A stretch of 64,000 nucleotides of DNA from an uncultured candidate division Zixibacteria bacterium (GTDB taxonomy: Bacteria > Zixibacteria > MSB-5A5 > UBA10806 > 4484-95), in assembly GCA_963668625.2 (NCBI GenBank), contig CAXXKA010000006.1, positions 480,001 to 544,000 of the forward strand, given 5' to 3'. The position numbers and the translations under genes are program-made. Shown in pieces: positions 20,196-30,581 of the stretch. Under the pieces are notes generated by a model. It had not been told where the DNA came from and made no database searches. It saw nothing but the letters and a program-made list of their open reading frames with translations. Within the stretch, counting starts at the first letter, position 1, and every line of letters begins with the position of its first letter.

Positions 20196-23100
20196 ATGAT
20201 GAGGTCTATGAAACTAGCGATAATCATACTTGCTTTGTTATCGGTATTTTGCCTGGCGGACACCGATGTGGGCGAGCCACTTGATTTAATCCATGCCGAT
20301 AAGCTTCTAACTACAGGCAAGGATGTTAACAATCAGACTAATCTGATTGGTAACGTGCATTTTCATCACGGCACAACCGATTTATGGTCGGATAGGGCGA
20401 TCTGGTATCGCAAAACCAATCTGGTGGTGTTTATCGACTCGGTTCGGGTGGTCGATAGTACGCGGGTTCTAACTTGTCAGCATCTTACATATTACCGCAA
20501 CACCGGCTCAGCCATGGCTGTCGGTACGGTTAAAATCGAGGATAAAATCGAAAAGGTAAGACTCGAGGCCAATAAGGTGAATTACTATCGCGAGGAGGAT
20601 AAATTTATCGCTACCGGTGGCCCGATGTTTACTTTAAACCCCGAGGATGACTCCGCTAAAACCGCGATCGAGGGTGAGGAGATCGTGTTTTACGCCGGCG
20701 AAAAAACCGGCGAGGTGCTCAATGACGTTATTATAACTCGACAGGATTTGAAAGCCACCGCCGATCGCGCCGAGTTTTACGATTCGGGCGAGATAATCAA
20801 GCTGTTGGAAAATCCTCTAGTAATCCAGGATAATAATGAACTCGAGGGCGATGAGATTACCGTATATACCAAAGAGAAAACTATCAACAACATGCTAATC
20901 GAGGGGGATGCCAGGGCAACCTACCGTCAGAGAGACGATACCACCGCGACAGACTATACCGAGGCGATACTCGAAGGCAAGCAGTTGGAGGTTTTCTTTT
21001 TCGATGATGAGATAGAGAAAGCCGTGATGAGGCGAAACGCTACCAGCTATTATAATCCATCCTCAAAAGATACGGTCGCCCGGGGTAGAAACGTAGCCAG
21101 CGGTGATTCGATAACACTGTTTTTCAAGCAAGGTGATATAGAAAGGGTGCAGATCTTAGGTGGCGCCCAGGGATTTTACGAGGAGTCGAAAACAAGACGA
21201 GTGGAGGGCGAGCTCGAGACCTACGCCGATACGACTTTCTATGAGGGCGCCGAAATCGATTACAACGTAGAGAATAATGTTATCAAGCTGATCGACCGGG
21301 GAAAACTCAAGTATCAGAACATGACTCTCGAGTCGGCGGATATTCGTTACGATGTCGGCGAGGAGATACTGGTAGCCGAGGGGCGATATATTCAGACTGA
21401 TTCAGGCGAGGTATATGACCAGGGTCCGACCTTGAACGAGGGCAGCGATAAACTTCGCGGACATAGAATGACCTATAACATAGGTACGCGCAAAGGCAAA
21501 GTGGAACTGGGAAAGACCAAGCTGGAGGATAAACATTTCTTCGGGGATGAGGTGCGGCAGGTGGATAAGGATGTGCTCTACGTGCGCTCGGGTAAGGTTA
21601 TCCCATGTAAAGATGAAAACGCCAATGTTCATTTCTATGGCCACAAGATGAAGATTATCAATAAGGATAAATTAATTGCCCGGCCGGTTATCATGTTTTT
21701 AGGGCCGTTGCCGGTATTCGCTTTACCTTATATCGTGTTCCCGATCGAAAAAGGCAGACGTTCTGGAATCACGACTTTCACTCTGGGGAGTTTCGAGGAG
21801 GGCGAGAGATATATCCGGGATATCGGCTATTACTGGGCGGCCTCCGATTATTGGGACGCGAAAGCAACGTTGGATTATTACGAGAATTCGAGAACCACGT
21901 TAAACGGTACTTTAAGATACAACGTTAAATATTTATTGAGTGGCAATATCAACACCTCCTACACCAGGGCTTCCAGCTGGAGTAATTATTCTCAAACCCG
22001 GCGTAACGACTGGCGCGTAAATTTCAGGCACAATCAGAAAATTACGGAAACCATGACATTAGCGGGAAGCGGCACGTTCGTTTCGAGTAAGACTTATAAT
22101 CTCGATAACACCTACGATCAGGATGAACGACTTCAGAGAACGATAAGCTCCAATATGAGCCTGACGAAAAGTTGGCGTGACGGTATTCTTCGTAACCTTG
22201 TCATCGCCGCCGATGAGAATTGGAATCTCGACACCGACGTTAAAACCCGTCACCTGCCTATAATTACTTTAAGCAGTAACAGCATACAATTGTTCAAGCC
22301 CAAAGAGAAAGATGAGTCTCTCCGGGTGTTGCCGTGGATAGAGGAAGAGGATGAGGATGATGATCGCTGGTACCATTCGGTCAGGTTGAGTTTTAACAGC
22401 AAGTTTAATAATGACCAACGTTATTATACCAGTAATGAGATCAAAGACTGGAAGAAAATCAACACATTATATTCGACAATGCGGCTTTCTATGAACCCCA
22501 AACTGTTCGGAGTTTTAACGTTCACTCCCTCGTTAAATCTTCAACAAACATTTTATAACATACAGAAGGTTCATGATGCCGATTCTACCGATGTGGAAAC
22601 CGGAACCATAGCCAGCCGAGAGGTCTGGTCGGCGAGTATCGGAACCGGTACTACGATGTATGGCACGTTTTATCCCAATTTCCTCGGTATTACCGGATTC
22701 AGGCATGTGATCTCGCCCAGTGCCTCGTACAATTTCGCCCCGGAAACGAAGAAAAACGAGGAATACCAGGATTATACCGGAGTGGGCAGTTCGAGTCGCC
22801 GGCAAAGAAATTTCAGCTTCGGATTGTCCAATAATTTCCAGATGAAGATAGGTTCGGGGGAGAACGAGAAAAAACTGGATTTGCTTACCGTCAATTTTTC
22901 CTCCGGCTATGATATAGAAGCGGATGCGAAGAAAGTTAAACCTCTCCGCACCTCGGTAAACACGGGAGCTATTAAAATCGTGAATCTTTCGGCAAGTTTT
23001 GCCCATGATTTTTATGATGAATCCATTTCTCTTAACTTGCTTGATCCTTACCTTACCAGTCTTTCGCTTTCGGCCTCTTTTTCCAGGAAAATCGTTATTT

Positions 23101-23552
23101 TTAAAGGCGAGGGCTCCGGTAGCGGCTCGAAGCAGGACATAAGTGATGATGGTGAGAGAGGGAAGCTTCTGTCAATTCCCGGTAAAGGTGGTGAGGATGA
23201 TTTTGAGGGGTCGGATGAGGCCTCTCTGGGCATAAGCCTCAGTCATCGCTATACAGAAAGCAGAAGTTTCGGTCATGTCACCGGCAAGACACGATTTTTA
23301 GAATGCGATTTCGATTTGAATCTTACTAAAGGGTGGAAAATCGAATCGAGTTTTCGTTACGATCTGGAGGATAAACGAACCGAGTTCCCGGTGGTAAGTT
23401 TCTCCCGCGACTTGAATTGCTGGGCCGGCGTATTCGAATGGCGACCCTCGGGAAGTTTATCCGGTTATTTTTTCAAGATATATATCAAACAACTGCCCGA
23501 TATAAAAGTTGAGCAGTCTACCGGCGGTCTGGGCGGTTCGTCTTTCCGCTAA
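20196..23552 (+). CDS. lptD: LPS-assembly protein LptD with an extended N-terminal LptA/OstA-like region
   Basis: Signal peptide; repeated beta-jellyroll-like segments (HADKL, GNVHF.H, L.GDEI, SGDSITL); PVFALPY..FP....R.SG, GYYWA.SDYWD, RDLNCW C-terminal barrel motifs. Confidence 0.8.
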   Translation: MMRSMKLAIIILALLSVFCLADTDVGEPLDLIHADKLLTTGKDVNNQTNLIGNVHFHHGTTDLWSDRAIWYRKTNLVVFIDSVRVVDSTRVLTCQHLTYYRNTGSAMAVGTVKIEDKIEKVRLEANKVNYYREEDKFIATGGPMFTLNPEDDSAKTAIEGEEIVFYAGEKTGEVLNDVIITRQDLKATADRAEFYDSGEIIKLLENPLVIQDNNELEGDEITVYTKEKTINNMLIEGDARATYRQRDDTTATDYTEAILEGKQLEVFFFDDEIEKAVMRRNATSYYNPSSKDTVARGRNVASGDSITLFFKQGDIERVQILGGAQGFYEESKTRRVEGELETYADTTFYEGAEIDYNVENNVIKLIDRGKLKYQNMTLESADIRYDVGEEILVAEGRYIQTDSGEVYDQGPTLNEGSDKLRGHRMTYNIGTRKGKVELGKTKLEDKHFFGDEVRQVDKDVLYVRSGKVIPCKDENANVHFYGHKMKIINKDKLIARPVIMFLGPLPVFALPYIVFPIEKGRRSGITTFTLGSFEEGERYIRDIGYYWAASDYWDAKATLDYYENSRTTLNGTLRYNVKYLLSGNINTSYTRASSWSNYSQTRRNDWRVNFRHNQKITETMTLAGSGTFVSSKTYNLDNTYDQDERLQRTISSNMSLTKSWRDGILRNLVIAADENWNLDTDVKTRHLPIITLSSNSIQLFKPKEKDESLRVLPWIEEEDEDDDRWYHSVRLSFNSKFNNDQRYYTSNEIKDWKKINTLYSTMRLSMNPKLFGVLTFTPSLNLQQTFYNIQKVHDADSTDVETGTIASREVWSASIGTGTTMYGTFYPNFLGITGFRHVISPSASYNFAPETKKNEEYQDYTGVGSSSRRQRNFSFGLSNNFQMKIGSGENEKKLDLLTVNFSSGYDIEADAKKVKPLRTSVNTGAIKIVNLSASFAHDFYDESISLNLLDPYLTSLSLSASFSRKIVIFKGEGSGSGSKQDISDDGERGKLLSIPGKGGEDDFEGSDEASLGISLSHRYTESRSFGHVTGKTRFLECDFDLNLTKGWKIESSFRYDLEDKRTEFPVVSFSRDLNCWAGVFEWRPSGSLSGYFFKIYIKQLPDIKVEQSTGGLGGSSFR

Positions 23553-23580
23553 GGATATTAAAATTAATCCAAAAAAAAAT

Positions 23581-23610
23581 TTGACAGGATAATTAAGGCT
23601 ATGCTAAGCT
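23581..23610 (+). promoter_or_regulatory. Sigma70-type promoter for the HU gene
   Basis: TTGACA-N18-TAAGCT with extended TG. Confidence 0.5.
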
Positions 23611-23653
23611 TTTTCCAGATGATTAACTAAACCTAATACAATAGGGAGCGAAA

Positions 23654-23926
23654 ATGAATAAAGAGATGATTGTGGAGAAAATTGCCGAGGAAGCTGGAAT
23701 TAATAAAGCACAGGCAGGCCGCGCATTCAAAACCGTATTTGATTCCATTACCGACACACTTAAAGGCGGCGACAAGGTGACCTTGACCGGTTTCGGCACA
23801 TTCCTGGTTTCCGAGCGTAAAGAACGCGAGGGACGTAACCCGCAGACCGGTGAAGCTATAACTATCCCCGGTGGAAACGTTCCGAGATTTAAAGCCGGCA
23901 AAGCTTTAAAGGATGCCGTAAAGTAA
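23654..23926 (+). CDS. hup: DNA-binding protein HU
   Basis: MNKEM, GFGTF, REGRNPQTGE, PRFKAGKALKDAV. Confidence 0.97.
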   Translation: MNKEMIVEKIAEEAGINKAQAGRAFKTVFDSITDTLKGGDKVTLTGFGTFLVSERKEREGRNPQTGEAITIPGGNVPRFKAGKALKDAVK

Positions 23927-23952
23927 CATTAACCGAAAATTAAACATATCAT

Positions 23953-23975
23953 AGCCCGGCTCCGGTCGGGCTTTT
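23953..23975 (+). terminator. HU terminator
   Basis: AGCCCGGC-TCCG-GTCGGGCT-TTT. Confidence 0.75.
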
Positions 23976-24059
23976 AATTTTATCGTATGTATGGAACAGA
24001 AATAGGTTTAATCCATATACTTAAACGTAAAATTGTGCTAAGAGAATGCTTTAAATGGA

Positions 24060-24088
24060 TTGACAGACTTTTCTGGGAATTGTAAAAT
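24060..24088 (+). promoter_or_regulatory. Sigma70-type promoter of ftsK, probably giving a leaderless mRNA
   Basis: TTGACA-N17-TAAAAT; ATG only 6 nt downstream; no canonical Shine-Dalgarno. Confidence 0.7.
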
Positions 24089-24094
24089 CAGGGT

Positions 24095-26431
24095 ATGGCA
24101 GGAAGAAAAAAGAAAGACACGGTAAGAAATAATCGAATTCTGGGATTATTGTTGGCTATTTGCGGGCTATTGATCGCCGTTAGCCTGGTCTCACATAACC
24201 AGTTGAATGATTCCGAGGTGCTGTTAAAGGCATTCGAGGATAACAAGCTGATAGAGTTGTTCGATACTCCATTCGATAATAGAGGGGGGATCATAGGTGT
24301 ATTCATATCCTACGGTTTACTCTCATTATTCGGCTATCTGGCGTTCTTTTTGCCGTTGGCAATCTGGTCTGTCAGTTTCTGTGTATTCTTCTCGACTAAA
24401 TTCTTACCGACATTCAAACGCATCGGTTATGCGGCTATGTTTTTATATTTTATCGGTATACTATTTTCTCTTCACGGGGCCGATACTGAATTTTTCTCGA
24501 TCGACCCGGGGGTCGGTGGATTAATCGGGCATTATAGCGCTGCGCTCATAAAGTTGCTCACGGGCAGCGTTATCGCATACACCATAACGATCTCGCTTAT
24601 AATAGGTAGCATTATCTGGGTGATGCCATCCAATATGAAAATACCGGGTAGAAATTTGCCCTCTCAATTCATCAAGTTCAAAAATATGATATTCGATTCG
24701 GTCGGCTCGGTTAAAGTGAAAAAGCCTAAGAAAGCAAAAATAGGAGTGGCCAAACCCGAAACCGAATCCGATGTTGATTTTGATATACCTCCAGTCGCCG
24801 AGGCCGAGCCGGGGCTGTTAAAGAGGATTGTCCGTATTAAGAAAGCTAAGCCGAAAGGCACCATGAACTTACCGGCTGGTCTGGGGCAACCGGAACTCGA
24901 GTTGGATTCAGGCAATGGCGATCATGATTTCGATCCGGCCACTGCTGCCGGTATCGATGGTCCGCAGATGAGAATACCTACCACGGAGAGCGGCGAGCGC
25001 GAGGATGATGTCGCCGTGGGATACGTGTTCCCCTCTACTGACCTTTTGGCCGACCCGCCCGATAACGAACCCTCGATAAGCAATAACGAGTTAGAGGCAA
25101 CCGCCGAGGCGTTAAAAGATACGCTGGCGACATTCGGAGTGACCCTGGCCAATGGCGAGGTGGAGATCTATCCGGGGCCGATCATCACTCGTTACGAGTT
25201 CAAGCCGGGGCCGGGAATCAAGGTTTCGCAGATAGTAAATTTGGCTGATGACCTGGCGTTGGCGATGAAAGCCAAACGTATCAGGATCGTGGCTCCCATA
25301 CCGGGTAAATCCGCGGTGGGTGTCGAGATACCGAATCGTCTGAGCCAGACCGTATATATCAAGGAAATCATCGGTAGCCGTAAATTCCAGGAAAATACTT
25401 TAAAACTGCCGCTAGCGATAGGTAAGACTTTATCGGGGCAGCCGCATGTGGTGGATCTGGCCGCCATGCCGCATCTTCTAATAGCTGGCGCCACCGGCAC
25501 GGGAAAATCAGTGTGTTTGAATTGTATTATCACCAGCATGTTATACCATCTCTCGCCGGAAAACCTTCGGCTGATTTTGATAGACCCGAAGATGCTGGAA
25601 CTTTCGGTGTATAACGATTTGCCGCATCTGGAAAAACCGGTAGTAACCGAGATGAAATATGCCGAGCGAGTACTGGCGGAGGCCGTCGTCGAAATGGAAG
25701 ATCGGTACCGCAAGCTGGCTAAAGAGGGTGTGCGAAACATCGCCGATTTCAACGAGACAGCCGACAAGCCGATTCCGTACGTAGTAATCATAGTGGATGA
25801 GCTGGCGGACTTGATGATGGTCGGTTCGAATCGGGTGGAGACTTTGATAACCCGCCTGGCGCAAATGGCGCGCGCAGTGGGGATACATCTGATACTGGCT
25901 ACGCAGCGTCCCTCGGTGGATGTTATCACCGGTCTTATCAAGGCCAACTTTTCTACACGTATCGCGTTTCAGGTGGCTACGAAAGTCGATTCGCGTACGA
26001 TTCTCGATTTGAACGGCGCGGAAAAATTGCTGGGCCGAGGCGATATGCTGTACATGAACCCATCATTCCCCGAGCCCAAGCGAGTTCACGGTGGCTTTAT
26101 CTCGGGTAAGGAGACTAAATCATTATGTAAGTTCTTAGGCTCGCAGGAATATGCCCCGGAGAAAATCAAAAATTTCGATTCGGATGAAAATAAACCGATG
26201 CAATACGATCCGGCCGCCGACGCGGTGTATCGCGAGGCCATAAAAGTCGTGGTGAAACATAAACAGGGTTCGGTATCTCTTCTGCAGAGACGATTGGGGA
26301 TCGGTTACCAGCGGGCGGCCAGGCTTATCGATCAACTGGAGGAGAACGGTATCGTTGGGCCTTACGATGGCTCAAAGGCACGCGAGGTGCTCATGGATGA
26401 GGACGCGCTCGAAGAGATGTTCAGCGAGTAA
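24095..26431 (+). CDS. ftsK: DNA translocase FtsK
   Basis: N-terminal TM helices; PHLLIAGATGTGKS, IDPKMLE, DELADLM, ATQRPS; gamma domain SLLQRRLGIGYQRAARLID. Confidence 0.97.
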   Translation: MAGRKKKDTVRNNRILGLLLAICGLLIAVSLVSHNQLNDSEVLLKAFEDNKLIELFDTPFDNRGGIIGVFISYGLLSLFGYLAFFLPLAIWSVSFCVFFSTKFLPTFKRIGYAAMFLYFIGILFSLHGADTEFFSIDPGVGGLIGHYSAALIKLLTGSVIAYTITISLIIGSIIWVMPSNMKIPGRNLPSQFIKFKNMIFDSVGSVKVKKPKKAKIGVAKPETESDVDFDIPPVAEAEPGLLKRIVRIKKAKPKGTMNLPAGLGQPELELDSGNGDHDFDPATAAGIDGPQMRIPTTESGEREDDVAVGYVFPSTDLLADPPDNEPSISNNELEATAEALKDTLATFGVTLANGEVEIYPGPIITRYEFKPGPGIKVSQIVNLADDLALAMKAKRIRIVAPIPGKSAVGVEIPNRLSQTVYIKEIIGSRKFQENTLKLPLAIGKTLSGQPHVVDLAAMPHLLIAGATGTGKSVCLNCIITSMLYHLSPENLRLILIDPKMLELSVYNDLPHLEKPVVTEMKYAERVLAEAVVEMEDRYRKLAKEGVRNIADFNETADKPIPYVVIIVDELADLMMVGSNRVETLITRLAQMARAVGIHLILATQRPSVDVITGLIKANFSTRIAFQVATKVDSRTILDLNGAEKLLGRGDMLYMNPSFPEPKRVHGGFISGKETKSLCKFLGSQEYAPEKIKNFDSDENKPMQYDPAADAVYREAIKVVVKHKQGSVSLLQRRLGIGYQRAARLIDQLEENGIVGPYDGSKAREVLMDEDALEEMFSE

Positions 26432-26436
26432 ATGAT

Positions 26437-27060
26437 ATGAACCGACATTCGTTGATTAAAGCTTTTGGCAAGATGTCGTTTTTTCTGGCCTTGATGATTG
26501 CCTTGCCGGTGGTGCTGTCTTTCACCGGCGAATATCCTAAACCGGCGCTGGCTAGGTACCTCGATAAAGACAACGTTTACTGGAAAATAGAGCAGATAAA
26601 TATTTCGCCTATATTCGATGAGCCGGAAACTACCTTAATAGAATTATATTTTCAGAAACCGGATAATTTATATCTGGTTACTGATGTCAGTATGATACTC
26701 ACTCGTGCCGATACGATCTGGACTTATTCACCCGATAACAGGCAAATTCAGAAAAACATAGGCGGCGGGGTGTTCAATCCGTTTAATTTTATCGATACCT
26801 CTCAGACTCACTATAAGATAGTGGAATCCGACGCTAACTCGGTTTCGCTGAAATGTATCGATGGTACGCTCGAACCCGACAGCCTTCAGGTTACCTATGG
26901 CATCGATGGAGTGATACGGTCAGTCTCGTATCTCGATATCAACGAGAATGAAATAAGTCTCGTGTTCAAAGATGAGTCATTCGATAAACTCATTCCCGAG
27001 GATAATTTTCTGACCAAAACGCCCGAGGGGGTACAGATAATAGATTTCAGCGATGAGTAA
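26437..27060 (+). CDS. lolA: Outer-membrane lipoprotein carrier LolA-like protein
   Basis: Follows ftsK; LYFQKPD, IWTYSPD.RQ and the C-terminal F...PEGV.IID pattern. Confidence 0.7.
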   Translation: MNRHSLIKAFGKMSFFLALMIALPVVLSFTGEYPKPALARYLDKDNVYWKIEQINISPIFDEPETTLIELYFQKPDNLYLVTDVSMILTRADTIWTYSPDNRQIQKNIGGGVFNPFNFIDTSQTHYKIVESDANSVSLKCIDGTLEPDSLQVTYGIDGVIRSVSYLDINENEISLVFKDESFDKLIPEDNFLTKTPEGVQIIDFSDE

Positions 27061-27069
27061 GGATTTCCC

Positions 27070-27909
27070 ATGATAAAAAAATATATCGGATTATTAATAG
27101 TTATAATATTAACGTTATCGGCAACCTCCCGGAGCCTGGCTGGGGAGGTTTTTAGATATAAGTTCGAACGAGATACTCTTCACTACAATCTTTCGATCCT
27201 GAGCAACCTTCAATTTACCCAGCTCCAAAGCCTGGCGGAGTTGCTCGATATCGACTCGTTGAAAAACGTATTCGATATGGATATCGACATGGTCGCCAAG
27301 CCGGGTAAAGGCAAAAACGGTTCGATCGTGAAGTTGAGATTCAATCGCATCAGTTCGGTGACGATAGTCGGTGACTCGGTTATCAGTGATGATAATGTCG
27401 GTTGGGGAAGGGTCAAGCCCGGTTCGGAATTTCTGCTATTGATTTCCGATAGGGGAGAGATAAGACTGATGAATAAGATTAATATCAAAGCCGGGCGGCA
27501 GGTAGTCGATATGATTCAACGATTCATGCCCGTTTTTCCCGAAAAACCCATAAGCGAAAAGTACGGTTGGCCGGATACGGTCAGTTTCGATATCGAGTTG
27601 CCTCAGCAGGAAACCCGGCAGATCGAGACGATAGTGAATTACACCTACTCGGGAGATGACCCGACGACCGGCATGGAGAAATTCGATTATCTGCTGAATA
27701 ACTCCTCCAGCGATTCCTCTCAGATATATCTTGCCGGGTATGGTAAGCTCGAATTCGACAGCGATGAAGGATTTATCGAGTATAACGAGGGTGATATCAC
27801 GATCGATACCGAGATCAGCTTGTCGGTGTTCGGTTTGCCTGAAATGTTAGGCACTACGCCACTCCATATCGACTCGAAAATCAAATTGAATTTGGTTGCC
27901 AATGAGTAA
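27070..27909 (+). CDS. Hypothetical exported protein
   Basis: 279-aa ORF with a signal peptide, within the operon. Confidence 0.7.
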   Translation: MIKKYIGLLIVIILTLSATSRSLAGEVFRYKFERDTLHYNLSILSNLQFTQLQSLAELLDIDSLKNVFDMDIDMVAKPGKGKNGSIVKLRFNRISSVTIVGDSVISDDNVGWGRVKPGSEFLLLISDRGEIRLMNKINIKAGRQVVDMIQRFMPVFPEKPISEKYGWPDTVSFDIELPQQETRQIETIVNYTYSGDDPTTGMEKFDYLLNNSSSDSSQIYLAGYGKLEFDSDEGFIEYNEGDITIDTEISLSVFGLPEMLGTTPLHIDSKIKLNLVANE

Positions 27910-29176
27910 AAACTATTATTTCTTAAACCTCGGCTGTCCTAAAAATCAAACGGATGGCGATTTCGTACGCGGAGCTTTGAATGATCTTGGATTTGACGAG
28001 ACATTGGATGTTTCCGATGCCGATTTCGTTTTCATCAATACCTGCGCATTCATCGATGACGCCCGTCGCGAAACCGAGGGCGAAATAGATATACTCCTAG
28101 AATATAAAAACGAACATGCCAAATTGGTTGCTTTAGGATGTTACCCCGCCATACCCGAATACGATAAGTACAAGCTCGAGGTTGATGCCTCTTTCAAATT
28201 CAACGAGGTGGAGGAACTTCTAAAATACGTAAGCGGCGATAATAGCTACTGCCTCGATCCGAAAAATATCAACCGTGTGGTAAACGACTTGCCATATGCC
28301 TACCTGGTAATCTCCGATGGCTGCAATAATAGATGCAGTTACTGTGCTATTCCAGATATAAGAGGGGGATATGGCAGTCGCAGTCCGGAGACAATCCGCA
28401 AAGAGGCGGAATATTTAGCGGCTAACGGTGTAAAAGAATTGATACTCGTAGCGCAGGACACCTCGATCTACGGCAGGGATCTGGATGAGGATATCGATTT
28501 GCCCGGACTGTGCGAACGGTTGGCTGTTATCGAGGGGATCGAGTGGCTGAGAATCATGTATATGCATCCGGCGCATACGGATGAGGCCATGCTCGACAGG
28601 CTGTTCGCCATACCGAAAGTATGCCGTTACCTGGATATGCCGATACAGCATATCAGCGATAATGTACTGAATGATATGCGTCGCGGATACAATTCCGAGC
28701 GGGTGGTAAGGCTAATAAATCATTTGCGAAAGTTGGATAAAGATATATCTTTACGAACTACTTTGATGGTAGGGTTTCCGGGCGAGTCGGATGATGACTT
28801 CAAACAGCTTCTGGATTTCGTCGAGGAAACCAAATTCGATTTTCTTGGAGCGTTTGTTTACAGCCCGGAACACGGCACGCCGGCCGAAACTATGCCCGGT
28901 AGGGTAGATAAGGAACTGGCGTTGCAGAGGCATGAACTGCTTTACGATATCTCCGAGGAGATATCATTACGCAAAGCCGAAAGCAAAATCGGTAAAACGG
29001 TGAAATTGTTTATCGAGGATGTTTCAGCCGAGTACGATGAATGCTACGAGGCCCGTACCGCCGGGCAAGCGCCGGAAATTGACGGCATGTATATCGTAGA
29101 GATGTTCGAGGGAGTAGGTATCGGCGATATGGTCATGGCAAAGATAACCGATATCTCGTCGGCAATAGTAATTTAG
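27902..29176 (+). CDS. rimO: Ribosomal protein S12 methylthiotransferase RimO
   Basis: LGCPKN, INTCAFI, radical SAM C-x3-C-x2-C (GCNNRCSYCAIP), QDT, VGFPGE, APEIDG. Confidence 0.88.
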   Translation: MSKNYYFLNLGCPKNQTDGDFVRGALNDLGFDETLDVSDADFVFINTCAFIDDARRETEGEIDILLEYKNEHAKLVALGCYPAIPEYDKYKLEVDASFKFNEVEELLKYVSGDNSYCLDPKNINRVVNDLPYAYLVISDGCNNRCSYCAIPDIRGGYGSRSPETIRKEAEYLAANGVKELILVAQDTSIYGRDLDEDIDLPGLCERLAVIEGIEWLRIMYMHPAHTDEAMLDRLFAIPKVCRYLDMPIQHISDNVLNDMRRGYNSERVVRLINHLRKLDKDISLRTTLMVGFPGESDDDFKQLLDFVEETKFDFLGAFVYSPEHGTPAETMPGRVDKELALQRHELLYDISEEISLRKAESKIGKTVKLFIEDVSAEYDECYEARTAGQAPEIDGMYIVEMFEGVGIGDMVMAKITDISSAIVI

Positions 29177-29179
29177 GAG

Positions 29180-29791
29180 TTGATGTTGATAGGAAAACGC
29201 GGTGTAATCTCGATTACGATATTGATACTGGCGTTTGTCGTTTCGGTTTATGCCGGTAATCCCCCGACGAACGAAGAATTCGTTGCCGGGGCAGTCTCGA
29301 CCGAGTTCGTGAAATTGCTGGATAGCTTGAATATAGATCGCGGCCCGATAGTGATTGAATCCGAACGCGGTATGAACTCATTGATCGCCGACGGGGCTAA
29401 AAGTGGCGCGCTCGAAAAAGGTTTGCTATTGCTCAATGGTAAAGACGGGCAAGCCGAGTACGCATACCTGATTACGATATCTCTCAGTTCGTTCGATTTT
29501 AATTACAGCAACGGCAAGTCGAGAGGATTTTTTCATCGTCCTTATATCAAAAGAAATCTTTTCGGCCAGATGCTGATAAGTATAACCGGGGCTGATGTGA
29601 ATTACCTCGGATTTCGGGGGTTCGATAATTCCGATGAGGTCGAGCCTGGCTCGTTGAACTATATATCGAGTATCCGGTATAATCAACTATCTCCCCGCCC
29701 GCCGGGCGCCGGAGTGAAGAAGTATCTCGAACCGCTGGCGGTCACGGCGACAGTGGGCGGTTTGATCTACCTGTTTTTCATCAATCGTTAG
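29180..29791 (+). CDS. Hypothetical protein with signal peptide and C-terminal hydrophobic segment
   Basis: RBS AGGAG; C-terminal EPLAVTATVGGLIYLFF; upstream of bamD. Confidence 0.7.
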   Translation: MMLIGKRGVISITILILAFVVSVYAGNPPTNEEFVAGAVSTEFVKLLDSLNIDRGPIVIESERGMNSLIADGAKSGALEKGLLLLNGKDGQAEYAYLITISLSSFDFNYSNGKSRGFFHRPYIKRNLFGQMLISITGADVNYLGFRGFDNSDEVEPGSLNYISSIRYNQLSPRPPGAGVKKYLEPLAVTATVGGLIYLFFINR

Positions 29792-29809
29792 TTTTAGGAG
29801 AAAAAGAGC

Positions 29810-30580
29810 GTGAAAAAGCTTTTAATTTTGATAGCGGTAACAGCCCTGACAATTTCATACTGCGGTAAGAAACCCAGAATGATCCTTCCGGCCAATCAGC
29901 AATTCGCGAAAGCAATGGAACTGTACGAGGATGGAAAATACGTGAAAGCCCAGGTAGAATTCGAGAACCTGATCTATACCTATCCCGGTAACACGGTTAT
30001 CGATACCGCCCAGTACTATCTCGGGATGTGTTATTATGAAGATGAGGACTACGGTCTGGCGGTTGGCGAATTCCACCGGCTTCTGACAGTATATCCCTCC
30101 TCGGAGTTTGCCGATGACGCCCAGTACTATGTTGCCATGTCGCATTATGAGATGTCACCGAAATACAGTTTGGATCAAACCAACACATTCCAGGCTATCG
30201 AGGAGTTCAATAACCTGATCGCCAATTTCCCGACCAGCGATTTCCGCGATGATTCCCGGGCTAAAGTAAAAGAGCTGGAGGATAAGCTGGCGCATAAATC
30301 TTTCAAGGCCGGCGAGCTGTATGTAAAACTGCATGATTACAAATCGGCGATGGTGTATTTTACGTTTGTCAGGGATAATTACCCGAGCACCGACTGGGCG
30401 ATCAGATCGTTTTACTATAGCGGCGAGGCTCAATTCCAACTCGAGCAATACGACGAGGCCAGGGACACTTTCGAGAAATTCCTTCAGGGATTTTACGAAC
30501 ATGAATTGGCCGAGAAAGCCCGCGACAGGCTTCGGGAAATACATGAAATCGATGAGACGGTAAACTCGAAAGAGGGCTGA
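29810..30580 (+). CDS. bamD: Outer membrane protein assembly factor BamD
   Basis: Lipoprotein signal (ISYC); TPR repeats AQYYLG, YPSSEFADDAQY; LDQT.T..AI..F....FP.S. Confidence 0.9.
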   Translation: MKKLLILIAVTALTISYCGKKPRMILPANQQFAKAMELYEDGKYVKAQVEFENLIYTYPGNTVIDTAQYYLGMCYYEDEDYGLAVGEFHRLLTVYPSSEFADDAQYYVAMSHYEMSPKYSLDQTNTFQAIEEFNNLIANFPTSDFRDDSRAKVKELEDKLAHKSFKAGELYVKLHDYKSAMVYFTFVRDNYPSTDWAIRSFYYSGEAQFQLEQYDEARDTFEKFLQGFYEHELAEKARDRLREIHEIDETVNSKEG

Positions 30581-30581
30581 G

